64,000 bases of DNA, taken from assembly GCA_021782815.1 (NCBI GenBank), contig JAJXUO010000009.1, positions 17,889 to 81,888 of the forward strand. Direction: 5' to 3'. Position 1 is the stretch's first letter; each line of letters opens with the position of its first letter. Below the pieces are notes generated by a model. The model did not search any database and had not been told where the DNA came from. It saw only the letters and a list, made by a program, of their open reading frames with translations. The translations under genes and the position numbers were made by a program. Source of the DNA: Pseudomonadota bacterium. Its GTDB lineage: Bacteria; Pseudomonadota; Alphaproteobacteria; Rhodospirillales; Magnetospirillaceae. Shown here in pieces: positions 8,511 to 17,211 of the stretch.

Positions 8511-10064
8511 ATGACGGGGCCCCGTCGCTATTACATCACCACGCCCATCTATTACGTGAACGACAGCCCGCATATCGGCCACGCCTATACCTCGCTGGCC
8601 TGCGACGTGCTGGCCCGTTTCAAGCGGCTGGACGGCTTCGACGTCAAGTTCCTGACCGGCACCGACGAACATGGGCAGAAGGTGGAAAAATCGGCCGAGA
8701 AGGCCGGGGTGCACCCCCAGGCCTTTACCGACGAGGTTTCGCAGCGCTTCCGCGATCTGGCCGCCTTCATGGGCTATTCCAACGACGACTTCATCCGTAC
8801 CACCGAGCCGCGCCATATCGCCTCGGTGCAGGCGCTGTGGACCCGGCTGGTGGAGAAGGGCGAGATCTATCTCGGCAAATATGCCGGTTGGTATTCGGTG
8901 CGCGACGAGGCCTTCTACGGCGTCGACGAACTGACCGAGGGGCCCGGCGGCGGCAAGATCGCTCCCACCGGCGCTCCGGTGGACTGGGTGGAGGAGCCCA
9001 GCTACTTCTTCCGTCTGTCGGCCTGGGAAGACCGCCTGCTGCGCTTCTACGACGAAAACCCCGACTTCATCGCTCCCACCAGCCGCCGCAACGAGGTGAT
9101 CAGCTTCGTGAAGAACGGCCTGCAGGATCTTTCGGTGTCGCGCACCAGCTTCAAATGGGGCGTGCCGGTGCCGAATGATCCGGATCACATCATGTATGTG
9201 TGGCTGGACGCCCTGACCAATTACATCACCGCCGTCGGCTATCCCGACACCAGCGGCGATTACGCCCGCTTCTGGCCGGCCGATTTGCATATGGTGGGCA
9301 AGGACATCGTGCGCTTCCACGCCATTTACTGGCCGGCCTTCCTGATGGCCGCCGATCTGGCGCCGCCCCGGCGGGTGTTCGCCCACGGCTGGTGGACCAA
9401 CGAGGGGCAGAAAATCTCGAAGTCGCTGGGCAATGTCATCAGCCCCTACGATCTGGTGCAGCGTTACGGCCTGGATCCGGTGCGCTACTTCCTGCTGCGC
9501 GAGGTGCCGTTCGGCAACGACGGCGATTTCTCGCACCGGTCCATGGTCAACCGCGTCAATGGCGAACTGGCCAACGAATTTGGCAATCTGGCCCAGCGCT
9601 CGCTGTCGATGATCGCGAAAAATCTCGGTGGACAGGTGCCCGCCCCCGGCGCCTTCACCGCCGAGGACGACGAGCTTCTGGCCGCCGCCGCCGCCCTTTT
9701 GGACAAACTGCGCGGCAGTTTCGACCGCCAGGCTTTCCATGAGGGGCTGGAAGCCGTATGGTCGGTGGTGCGCGCCGCCAATGTCTATATCGACCGTCAG
9801 GCGCCCTGGGCCTTGAAGAAGACCGATCCGGCCCGCATGGGCACCGTGCTTTATGTGGTGGCCGAGGTCATCCGCCAGGTGGCGCTGCTGCTGCAGCCGG
9901 TGATGCCGGGCTCCACCGCCCGCATGCTGGATCAGCTGGCGGTGGCCGACACCGCCCGCGATTTCGCCGCCTACGGCCAGCGTTTGGCCGCCGGCACGGC
10001 GCTGCCCAAGCCGGAAGGCGTGTTTCCGCGCTATGTGGACGCCGATGAGGGGAGTCCTGCTTAA
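8511..10064 (+). CDS. metG: Methionine--tRNA ligase
   Basis: HIGH (SPHIGHAYT) and KMSKS (KISKSLGN) class I motifs. 517 aa, short-type MetRS. Confidence 0.95.
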   Translation: MTGPRRYYITTPIYYVNDSPHIGHAYTSLACDVLARFKRLDGFDVKFLTGTDEHGQKVEKSAEKAGVHPQAFTDEVSQRFRDLAAFMGYSNDDFIRTTEPRHIASVQALWTRLVEKGEIYLGKYAGWYSVRDEAFYGVDELTEGPGGGKIAPTGAPVDWVEEPSYFFRLSAWEDRLLRFYDENPDFIAPTSRRNEVISFVKNGLQDLSVSRTSFKWGVPVPNDPDHIMYVWLDALTNYITAVGYPDTSGDYARFWPADLHMVGKDIVRFHAIYWPAFLMAADLAPPRRVFAHGWWTNEGQKISKSLGNVISPYDLVQRYGLDPVRYFLLREVPFGNDGDFSHRSMVNRVNGELANEFGNLAQRSLSMIAKNLGGQVPAPGAFTAEDDELLAAAAALLDKLRGSFDRQAFHEGLEAVWSVVRAANVYIDRQAPWALKKTDPARMGTVLYVVAEVIRQVALLLQPVMPGSTARMLDQLAVADTARDFAAYGQRLAAGTALPKPEGVFPRYVDADEGSPA

Positions 10065-10065
10065 A

Positions 10066-10845
10066 ATGTCGCTGGTCGATAGCCACTGCCATCTCAATTT
10101 CGAGGATTTCCAGCCGGATTTCGAGGATGCGCTGGCGCGGGCCCGCAACGCCGGGGTGGAAACCATCCTGACCATCAGCACCCGCCTGTCCACCTTCGAC
10201 CAGGTGCTGGCCATCGCCGAACGGCACGACAATATCTATTGCTCGGTGGGGGTGCATCCGCACGAGGCCGGTTCGGAAATGGCCACGGTGGAGCAATTGG
10301 TGGATCTTGCCAAGCATCCCAAGGTGGTGGCGTTCGGGGAAACCGGGCTTGATTATTTCTACGAGAGAAGCCCGCGCGAGGCCCAGCGCGCCAATTTCCG
10401 CAACCATATCGCGGCGGCGCGCATCGCCAAACTGCCGGTGATCGTGCATACCCGCCAGGCCGATTTGGATACCGCCATCATTCTCGCCTCGGAAATGTCG
10501 ATGGGGCCGTTCACCGGCTTAATCCATTGTTTTAGCTCTGGTCGGCAACTTGCTGAAAAAGCTATTAAACATGGCTTTTTCATCTCGCTTTCCGGCATCA
10601 TCACCTTCAACAAGTCGGATGAGCTGCGGGCGGTGGTGCGCGATCTGCCGCTGGAGCGCCTGCTGGTGGAAACCGATGCCCCCTATCTGTCGCCGGTGCC
10701 CAAGCGCGGCAAGCGCAACGAACCGGCCTTCGTGGTGCATACCGCCCAGGCCCTGGCCGATCTGATGAAGGTGCCGGCCGACGAGATCGCCCGCGTGACC
10801 AGCAATAATTTCTACCGGCTGTTCTCCAAGGTGCCGCGGCCATGA
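10066..10845 (+). CDS. TatD family metal-dependent hydrolase
   Basis: ATG at 10066, 1 nt after the metG stop. MSLVDSHCHLNF, GVHPHEA, ETGLDYFY, VIVHTRQA, ETDAPYL. Confidence 0.9.
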   Translation: MSLVDSHCHLNFEDFQPDFEDALARARNAGVETILTISTRLSTFDQVLAIAERHDNIYCSVGVHPHEAGSEMATVEQLVDLAKHPKVVAFGETGLDYFYERSPREAQRANFRNHIAAARIAKLPVIVHTRQADLDTAIILASEMSMGPFTGLIHCFSSGRQLAEKAIKHGFFISLSGIITFNKSDELRAVVRDLPLERLLVETDAPYLSPVPKRGKRNEPAFVVHTAQALADLMKVPADEIARVTSNNFYRLFSKVPRP

Positions 10846-11615
10846 AGCTTACCATCCTCGGCTGCGGTGGCGCGGGCGGCGTGCCCATGGTCAGCGTCGG
10901 CTGGGGGCGGTGCGATCCGGCGGAACCGAAAAACCGCCGGCTGCGTCCGTCGGTCCTGTGCCGGGAAGGGGCGTATACCTGTCTGATCGATACCGGCCCG
11001 GATCTGCGCCAGCAATTGTTGAATGCCGAGGTGCAGCGTCTGGATGCGGTGTTCTTCACCCACGGCCATGCCGATCACACCCATGGCATCGATGATCTGC
11101 GCGAGGTCAACCGCGTCATGCGGGCGGCCATTCCGGCCTACGGCACGGCCGAAACCCTGGAGGATATCCGCCAGCGCTTCGATTACGTGTTCCAGCCGCT
11201 GGATCTGGACAAGGTGCCGGTTTATAAGCCGTGGCTGACGCCGCAGCCCATTGAGGGCGAGCGTTTCCGCGCCGGTCCCTGGGAGGTGACGGCCATCGAC
11301 CAGGATCACGGTTACGGCCGCACCACCGGTTTTCGCATCGGCAATTGCGCCTATTGCACCGATGTCTGGCAGTTTCCCGAACGGTCGATGGAGCTTTTGC
11401 AGGGGCTGGACTGCTGGGTGGTGGGCTGTCTGCTGGACGAGCCGCATCCCACCCACGCCGATCTCGACAAGGTGATCGCCTGGGCCGAGCGGCTGCAACC
11501 CAAACGCACCATCCTCACCCACATGTCCCCCCGTTTGGATTACAACGCCCTGAAGGCGCGCTTACCTTCGGGTATGGAGCCGGCCTACGACGGTATGGTG
11601 ATCGACTGCGCCTGA
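10842..11615 (+). CDS. MBL-fold metallo-hydrolase (PhnP/GPMBL-like)
   Basis: ATGA overlap with the tatD-like stop. HGHADHTHGIDDL motif. Confidence 0.85.
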   Translation: MKLTILGCGGAGGVPMVSVGWGRCDPAEPKNRRLRPSVLCREGAYTCLIDTGPDLRQQLLNAEVQRLDAVFFTHGHADHTHGIDDLREVNRVMRAAIPAYGTAETLEDIRQRFDYVFQPLDLDKVPVYKPWLTPQPIEGERFRAGPWEVTAIDQDHGYGRTTGFRIGNCAYCTDVWQFPERSMELLQGLDCWVVGCLLDEPHPTHADLDKVIAWAERLQPKRTILTHMSPRLDYNALKARLPSGMEPAYDGMVIDCA

Positions 11616-11746
11616 TCTCCTTCCGAAGATAAAAAGCCAAGGATTTGAAAGGGCATGGAAATTCCGGAAGAGGGATGGCATTATGTGATCTGTGGATCAT
11701 CTTTTTCGGGCCCTGGTGTCCGGACAAGAACGGAAGGGCTCTGGAT

Positions 11747-12562
11747 ATGACCACGGTGAATTCGGTAAGCAGCTCGGCGCTGCAAAGTCTGTTGGTGGCC
11801 GAGGCCATGTTCTCGAATGCCGCCTCGCGGGTGGCCTCGGGATCGATGCTGGCCAGCGATAGCCCCGCCAATACGGCGGTGGCGGTGGCGCAGCAAACCT
11901 CGCTCAGCCAATATAACGCCGCCATGCAGAACAACGCCCTGGCTTCGGGTTCGATCGCGGTGGGGGCAGGGGCCTTGCAGTCGGCCAATTCCACCCTGGT
12001 GCAGATGCAGTCCATCGCCTCGGAGGCGATGTCGGCCAACGCCAGCACCCGGGCCACCCTGGCCACCCAGTACGATGCCCTGGCGCAGCAGGTGACCGGC
12101 TATGTCAACGCCGCCAATTTCAACGGCGTCAATCTGGTGTCGTCGTCCTCCACCTCCATGTCGGTGAACCAATATGGCGGCGGCACTTCCACGCTGACCG
12201 TCAACGGTAGCAACAACACCGCCAGCGGCCTGGGGCTGCAGCAGGCCACCGGCGCCTGGACCGGCGGCAGCGCCGGCACCGCCGCCATCCAGGCCAGCAT
12301 GAATTCGCTGACCACGGCCATGGGGCAGATCTCGCAGTCGGTCGCCAATCTGGGGGCGGCGCAGTCGGCTCTCAACACGGGCGCGTCGGCCTTGCAGGCC
12401 TACAGCACCTCGGCGCAAAGCGCGCTGTCGCAGCTGACCGGCGCCGATATCGGCCAGCAGCTCATCAATATGAAGAAGGCCTCCACCCAGTATCAGATGT
12501 CGGCCTACGCCTTGGAAACCGAAAACAAGACCAAGGCCTACAGCCTGAGAATGCTGGGGTGA
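11747..12562 (+). CDS. Flagellin family protein, short and divergent (271 aa)
   Basis: ATG at 11747. Ser/Ala/Thr/Gln-rich. N-terminal RVASGSMLASDSPANTAVAVAQ..., central NFNGVNLVSS, and C-terminal LGAAQSALNTGASALQ...QLINMKKASTQYQMSAYALETENKTKAYSLRMLG match the flagellin D0/D1 layout. Confidence 0.75.
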   Translation: MTTVNSVSSSALQSLLVAEAMFSNAASRVASGSMLASDSPANTAVAVAQQTSLSQYNAAMQNNALASGSIAVGAGALQSANSTLVQMQSIASEAMSANASTRATLATQYDALAQQVTGYVNAANFNGVNLVSSSSTSMSVNQYGGGTSTLTVNGSNNTASGLGLQQATGAWTGGSAGTAAIQASMNSLTTAMGQISQSVANLGAAQSALNTGASALQAYSTSAQSALSQLTGADIGQQLINMKKASTQYQMSAYALETENKTKAYSLRMLG

Positions 12563-12590
12563 TGCGCGCTTGATAAAAAAGGCGCGCATC
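12561..12590. terminator. GC-rich stem-loop between convergent flagellin and thioesterase genes
   Basis: GATGCGCGC (12561-12569) pairs with GCGCGCATC (12582-12590) across a 12-nt loop. It is followed on the + strand by CCGTTGATTTTT. An AT palindrome TGATTTTT-CA-AAAAATCA lies at 12595-12612. Confidence 0.5.
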
Positions 12591-12609
12591 CCGTTGATTT
12601 TTCAAAAAA

Positions 12610-13059
12610 TCACAGAGCCATGATCAGCAGGCTCGACGTCGCCGAGGCGTAGAGTTTACCGGCTTTATCGGTAAGCCGCGCCTCGGTGAAGGCAACGCGC
12701 CGACCGAGGGAAACGATCTTTCCCTCGGCCCGGACCGGACCGGTGTCCTTGGTCATGGCCTTGTGATAGGCCACTTTCAGCTCGACGGTGGAAAAAGTCT
12801 GCTGCGGCGGCATCTTCGACAGCACGGCATAGCCGCAGGCGAAATCCAGCATGGTGGCGGAAAAGCCGCCATGGACGGTGCCCAGGGGATTATAGAGGTG
12901 CACGTCGGGCACGGCTTCCAGCACCACGCGGCCATCCTCGGCCTCGACCAGATGTATATCGAGTGTTTCGCCGATGCCGGGGCGCAGATCCTGCGCCAGC
13001 ATGGCGCGTAATTGCTCGAGGCCCGACAGATGCGGGCCGATATGGTGCAGCAGGGTCAT
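12610..13059 (-). CDS. PaaI-family hotdog-fold thioesterase
   Basis: Internal ATG at 13057-13059 gives 149 aa. Contains NPLGTVHGGFSATMLDFACGYA, typical of PaaI/YbgC-type thioesterases. Confidence 0.85.
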   Translation of the reverse strand: MTLLHHIGPHLSGLEQLRAMLAQDLRPGIGETLDIHLVEAEDGRVVLEAVPDVHLYNPLGTVHGGFSATMLDFACGYAVLSKMPPQQTFSTVELKVAYHKAMTKDTGPVRAEGKIVSLGRRVAFTEARLTDKAGKLYASATSSLLIMAL

Positions 13060-13233
13060 GGATACGCTTTCAAGATATGAAGCCAAGTGCTTGTTGTTCC
13101 TGGAAAGATGGGCGCTCGCCCACGGAACGGCAAGATGCCCGGGAACCCCGAAACAAAATTCACCATAATATACATTATGCGACAATTGGGTGTTTTCAAA
13201 TGGGGCCGGCGGCACGCTCCCAGGCGTCCCTCT

Positions 13234-13290
13234 CGCCGTCGTCTTCGTATCGCCGTCGTCTTCGTATCGCCGTCGTCTTCGTATCGCCGC
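13234..13290. repeat. 17-bp tandem repeat, about 3.4 copies (CGCCGTCGTCTTCGTAT)
   Basis: Perfect copies at 13234-13250, 13251-13267 and 13268-13284, plus a partial fourth. It lies in the divergent intergenic region between the two thioesterase genes. Confidence 0.9.
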
Positions 13291-13418
13291 CGTCAAGCCT
13301 CGCTCATCAGGCTCGGAAAATGCCACCCTTTCAGGGCTCCTTTGCAATTCCGCGGGTGGACAGCGGCGGCAAAGCGGGCCGATCATGCCCTTTTCCTTCT
13401 TGTGCCCCAGGAGGCTTC

Positions 13419-14183
13419 ATGCCGACGGAAACCCGCCTGATCGATCTGGTTTTTCCGGGAGATACCAACCATCACGGCACTCTGTTCGGCGGTGCCGGGC
13501 TGGCGGCCATGGACAAGGCGGCCTATATCGCCGCCGCCCGTCATGCCCAGGTGGATTTCGTCACCGCCTCATGCGATCGCATCGATTTTTCCGCCCCCGC
13601 CCATGTGGGCGAGATCGTCGAGGTGTCGGGCCGGGTGGTGCGGGCCGGACGGCGGTCGCTGACGGTGGAGGTGGATCTGGTGGCCGAGGCCACCATCAGC
13701 GGCGAGCGCCGTTTGTGCACGCGCGGCCGCTTCAACATGGTGGCCGCCGCCCGCGAGGCCAGCGTGCCGCCCCTGCCCGTTCCGGCGCCGGTTTCGCCCG
13801 ATCCGTTACGGGCGGCAACGGGGCCGCTGGCGATGGTGGAACTGGTTTTCCCCGATCAATGCAGCCACCGGCATTCGCTGTTCGGCGGCTACGCCCTGGC
13901 GGCCATGGGCAAGGCCGCCTTCGTGGCCGCCACCCGCCATTGTCGCAAGGCGGTGGTGATGGCGGCCAGCAGCGGCATGGATTTCAAGGCCCCCATCCAT
14001 GTGGGGGAACTGATGGAAATCACCGCCGAGGTGGTGCGCACCGGCACCAGTTCCATGCAGGTGGCGGTGCGCACCTTCGGGGTCAATCTGCAAGACGGCC
14101 GCCGCTGGCCGGTGGCCGAGGGCGGTTTCGTCATGGTGGCCCTGGATGAGAAACACCGCCCCACCCCGGCAATGGCGCCGTGA
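13419..14183 (+). CDS. Acyl-CoA thioesterase with two hotdog domains
   Basis: ATG at 13419 with AGGAGG at 13409-13414. Two repeats of the VFPxDxNHHGxLFGG pattern (VFPGDTNHHGTLFGG and VFPDQCSHRHSLFGG). Confidence 0.85.
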   Translation: MPTETRLIDLVFPGDTNHHGTLFGGAGLAAMDKAAYIAAARHAQVDFVTASCDRIDFSAPAHVGEIVEVSGRVVRAGRRSLTVEVDLVAEATISGERRLCTRGRFNMVAAAREASVPPLPVPAPVSPDPLRAATGPLAMVELVFPDQCSHRHSLFGGYALAAMGKAAFVAATRHCRKAVVMAASSGMDFKAPIHVGELMEITAEVVRTGTSSMQVAVRTFGVNLQDGRRWPVAEGGFVMVALDEKHRPTPAMAP

Positions 14184-14184
14184 T

Positions 14185-14616
14185 TTATTTCGGCGCGCCG
14201 CCCATATCCATGCTCTGCCCATGGGCCAGCGAGGCCAGATAGGCCTCCAGCGCCACCAGTTCGGCGCTGCCGTAAGCCGGGGCCTGCGCGCCCAGGCCGC
14301 CCTGGATGCAATGGCGGATCTGCGCGGCCAGGGTGATCACCCGTCCGGCGTTCTTGTTGTAGCGGGGGAAAATGGCGGCGGCGTTTTCCAGGCTTGGCAA
14401 GGGATGCCCCCCGGCCGCGCCCGGCCCCTTGCCGCCGTTCACATGGCAGCTGTCGCAGGTGCGGCCGGCGCCGCCGAAGGTGCTTTTGGCGAAGAGATTT
14501 TGCCCCTGGGCCACGGTCTCGGCCAGGGGATCGGCGGGCGCGGCGCTGGCGGGAACGGCGGCCGCGAACAGCAGGGCGCCGACGGCGGCGGTCAGGAAAC
14601 GGATGGAGGGCATCAA
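14185..14616 (-). CDS. Periplasmic c-type cytochrome
   Basis: Signal peptide (FLTAAVGALLFAAAVPASA) and a single CxxCH haem site (CDSCH). Confidence 0.8.
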   Translation of the reverse strand: MMPSIRFLTAAVGALLFAAAVPASAAPADPLAETVAQGQNLFAKSTFGGAGRTCDSCHVNGGKGPGAAGGHPLPSLENAAAIFPRYNKNAGRVITLAAQIRHCIQGGLGAQAPAYGSAELVALEAYLASLAHGQSMDMGGAPK

Positions 14617-14674
14617 GGGGCTCCTTCAGGGCTGGTTCAGGATGCGGATGCTGTCACATCCGCCCGACATGGCC

Positions 14675-14688
14675 TTGAGGATAATCCC
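14675..14688. promoter_or_regulatory. FNR/CRP-like half-conserved box TTGAG-GATA-ATCCC upstream of the cytochrome c gene
   Basis: Matches 7 of 10 positions of TTGAT-N4-ATCAA, centred about 65 nt upstream of the cytochrome c start codon. Confidence 0.25.
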
Positions 14689-14706
14689 ATTTCCCGCAGC
14701 CCGGAA

Positions 14707-15567
14707 TCAGCCATGTTTCCTGATATGCGCTGGATCCGCCGTTTCGTCCTGATTTTTGGCGTAGCGGCTCAGCGCCGGCACGTCGGCCGCATAAATGCAG
14801 CGGTTATGGGTGCGCACCCCCCGCTCCTTCAGGGTTTGGAAGGCGCGGGACAGGGTTTCCGGCGTCATGCCCAGGCGGGCGGCCAGCACGCTTTTGTCGT
14901 AGGGCAACCGGGTGTCGGCCTCGGTGGCGCCGGGCGGAAACAGTCCGGCCAGAAAGGCCGCCAGACGTTTGGGCGCCGACATCCAGTAGGCGTCTTCCAA
15001 CTCGCCGGTGCGGATTTCCAGCTGCCGGGCCAGGTGGCGGGCCATCGACCGGGCCAGGGCGGGGTCGGCGGTGAAAGCCTCCATCACCGCGGCGCGCGGC
15101 AATTCCAGAACCCGGCTGTCCCAAATGGCCTCGGCACCCATTTTAGCGGGAATTTCCAGGAAAATCTGGGCCGCGCCCACGCAGTCGCCGCCATGGGCGA
15201 TCTGATGCACGGTGAGCGATCCATCATTGCCGGTTTGATAGATCTTCAGGGAGCCTTCCAAAACGATGAACAGACTGGCCGGAGCCAGGCCTTGCGCGAA
15301 CAGGGTTTCCTCGCGGTGGAGCGCCCGCACCACGCCGGATCGCAGCAGGGCGGCGAAATGATCTTCCCCCATGGAACCCAACAGCGATGTGGACCGCAGC
15401 AGGGCCATATCGGCGGGCATCAGCTTCTGGCGTTGACGTTTGAGCTGGGGCGAGCGGCGATAACGCGCCTCGCGCTGGCACAGACCCCGATCTTCGTCGC
15501 TGATGCGCACGCAGACATGGGCCACACTGGGCAGCAGGCAGGATCCGCAGGAGGTTTTCACCGACAT
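14707..15567 (-). CDS. Crp/Fnr family transcriptional regulator with Cys-rich N-terminus
   Basis: Internal ATG at 15565-15567 gives 286 aa. N-terminal C-x2-C-x8-C-x10-C, a cNMP-binding-like beta-roll, and C-terminal HTH (SVLAARLGMTPETLSRAFQTLKERGV). A shorter start at MPADM is possible. Confidence 0.85.
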   Translation of the reverse strand: MSVKTSCGSCLLPSVAHVCVRISDEDRGLCQREARYRRSPQLKRQRQKLMPADMALLRSTSLLGSMGEDHFAALLRSGVVRALHREETLFAQGLAPASLFIVLEGSLKIYQTGNDGSLTVHQIAHGGDCVGAAQIFLEIPAKMGAEAIWDSRVLELPRAAVMEAFTADPALARSMARHLARQLEIRTGELEDAYWMSAPKRLAAFLAGLFPPGATEADTRLPYDKSVLAARLGMTPETLSRAFQTLKERGVRTHNRCIYAADVPALSRYAKNQDETADPAHIRKHG

Positions 15568-16038
15568 CACCTCTTTGAACGACCGTGTAACCGTGGCGAC
15601 CGGAACGGAGCAATGACGCAAGGTAACGAAATAGGACCGCTCCGCCCGGGATGGGGGGGCGGGAGGAGCGGTCCTGCCGGTACGATGCGGAGGGGTTCTC
15701 CCCCTCTTCTCCCGGATTGGTTTGCCCCGACGGCCCGGCCTTGCGGCACCAAGGCCAGACCGCCGGGGAAGGCAGGAGGTGCTTCCCGGATGGAACGACG
15801 TGATAAAGGCGGGATGCTTGGGGTCACAGCCGCGATCCTGATCACGTGAGCCGCCCCATCCGGGAGGGCTGCCGGGCACTGGGCGCTCGAACGGCCCGGC
15901 AAACCTTTTAAATCCTCCTGAGCCTAAGGCGCCTTTCGACGCTTTTTTTAGGCAATATCAACTGCCTAATGGATAATCCCTTCAACTTACGCCAGCCTTA
16001 CAAGCCTTAAAAGAATGCGGTTTTTTTGGCGTCCTCCC

Positions 16039-17211
16039 TCAATATTCCGGTAAACCGGCCTGCCGATGCGGAACGGCGGCCACCCCTTCCACTTCCACCA
16101 GCCATTCCGGGCGGCAGACCGACCCTTTGACGATGACCGCCGGGATGCCGGGGCAACGCTGGCCGAGGGCGCGGCGGATGGCGGGGGCATCGCTGCCGTC
16201 GCGCAGATAGACGATGAAATACATCATGTGGTTCAGCTCGCCGCCGGCGGGTCGCAGGATGGCGGCCACGTTGTCGAGGGCGCGGTCGAGCTGGGCCTCC
16301 ACATCACCCAGGTGCAGCACATCGCCCTTGTGATCGATACTGGCGGTGCCGGAGATGAAGCAGTGCGCGCGATCGGCATAGGCGATGCGGGTGCCCCGCT
16401 CGAAGGTGACGCGGTAGGCCCAGGTGGGGCACATGGCGTCGGTGTCGTTGAGAAAGCTCATCTGTTCGGGGCGCATCCCGACGATGGAATAGGCATCCAT
16501 CAGCACGCCGTCGAAGCGGTTCGGTCCCGCCCCTTCGATCCCGGTACTGGCGATATAATGACTGTCGGCGGTGAGGCCATGCCGGTCGAAGAGGTCGGTA
16601 CGGGCCTGCACCAGGGCGGGATAGAGGCAATCGACATCGCGCACATAAAGCCAGGTGCGCACGCAATGATCGCGCAGGGTGCCGTTTTCCGTTTCCAGGG
16701 CGTTCGTCAGCTGGGAAAACACCTCTTGGGTCTGTTCATAGGCGCCCTGCGGCGCGCTGGCCGAAGGTGTGAGGCCGGTGGTCCACAAATGCCGCAGTCC
16801 GTTGGCTTCCATCACCATGCCGCCTTGCGCCAGGCGACGTTTGCGGCGGGCGCTCCCGCCCGTCACATGACAGGCCAGCAGGCTGATTTTCGAACCGTCC
16901 AGCGGCGCCTGTTCCACCAGCGACACCGCCACCGGATGATCGGGATTTTCATCCAGAAGCCCGCTTCCGGCCAGGGCGGCGGCCTGGTTCTGGGCGTCGC
17001 TGACGAACAGGCGGCGGAACAGGGCGCTCTCCTCGCTCAAACCAAGGTCGGCGCAGGCTTTGCGATACCCCTCCGCGATGGCGCGGCATTGCGCGGCGAA
17101 ACTCCCCTGCCCGTTCACGCTGACGGTCAGAACATGCTCGTCGGTGCCGTTCTGGCCGGTGAAGCTGCGAACGGCGACGGTGGCGGCGGTGGTGGACATG
17201 ACGGCGGTCAT
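16039..17211 (-). CDS. Chorismatase-like protein (FkbO/Hyg5/XanB2 family, RidA/YjgF-type C-terminal domain)
   Basis: ATG at 17209-17211 gives 390 aa. C-terminal CFISGTASIDHKGDVLHLGDVEAQLDRALDNVAAIL...YLRD... matches the RidA-like fold of chorismatases. The family assignment is from memory of the ISGTASI signature, not from a search. Confidence 0.6.
   Translation of the reverse strand: MTAVMSTTAATVAVRSFTGQNGTDEHVLTVSVNGQGSFAAQCRAIAEGYRKACADLGLSEESALFRRLFVSDAQNQAAALAGSGLLDENPDHPVAVSLVEQAPLDGSKISLLACHVTGGSARRKRRLAQGGMVMEANGLRHLWTTGLTPSASAPQGAYEQTQEVFSQLTNALETENGTLRDHCVRTWLYVRDVDCLYPALVQARTDLFDRHGLTADSHYIASTGIEGAGPNRFDGVLMDAYSIVGMRPEQMSFLNDTDAMCPTWAYRVTFERGTRIAYADRAHCFISGTASIDHKGDVLHLGDVEAQLDRALDNVAAILRPAGGELNHMMYFIVYLRDGSDAPAIRRALGQRCPGIPAVIVKGSVCRPEWLVEVEGVAAVPHRQAGLPEY

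Noticed and set aside
7263-10232. 989-aa ORF on the minus strand spanning holB and metG.
   Set aside because: It is antisense to two unambiguous housekeeping genes. Its composition is Gly/Ala/Arg/His-rich with no motifs. This is the typical stop-codon-poor shadow frame of high-GC DNA.
13234-13290. Possibility that the 17-bp repeats (and the 27-bp duplication at 24283-24336) are a CRISPR array.
   Set aside because: The units are directly abutting with no spacers, too short and too few. No cas genes are in the window.
12963-13440. ORFs in all three plus-strand frames reading through the 17-bp repeat (12963.., 13087..13440, 13190..14149).
   Set aside because: They are artefacts of an open, repeat-containing intergenic region. 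The thioesterase has a good AGGAGG plus ATG start at 13419.
15948-15969. Inverted repeat TTAGGCA-N8-TGCCTAA in the 470-bp gap between the chorismatase-like operon and the fnr-like gene.
   Set aside because: It is a real palindrome, but it matches no consensus I know and lies about 380 nt from the nearest start codon. There is insufficient basis for a functional call.
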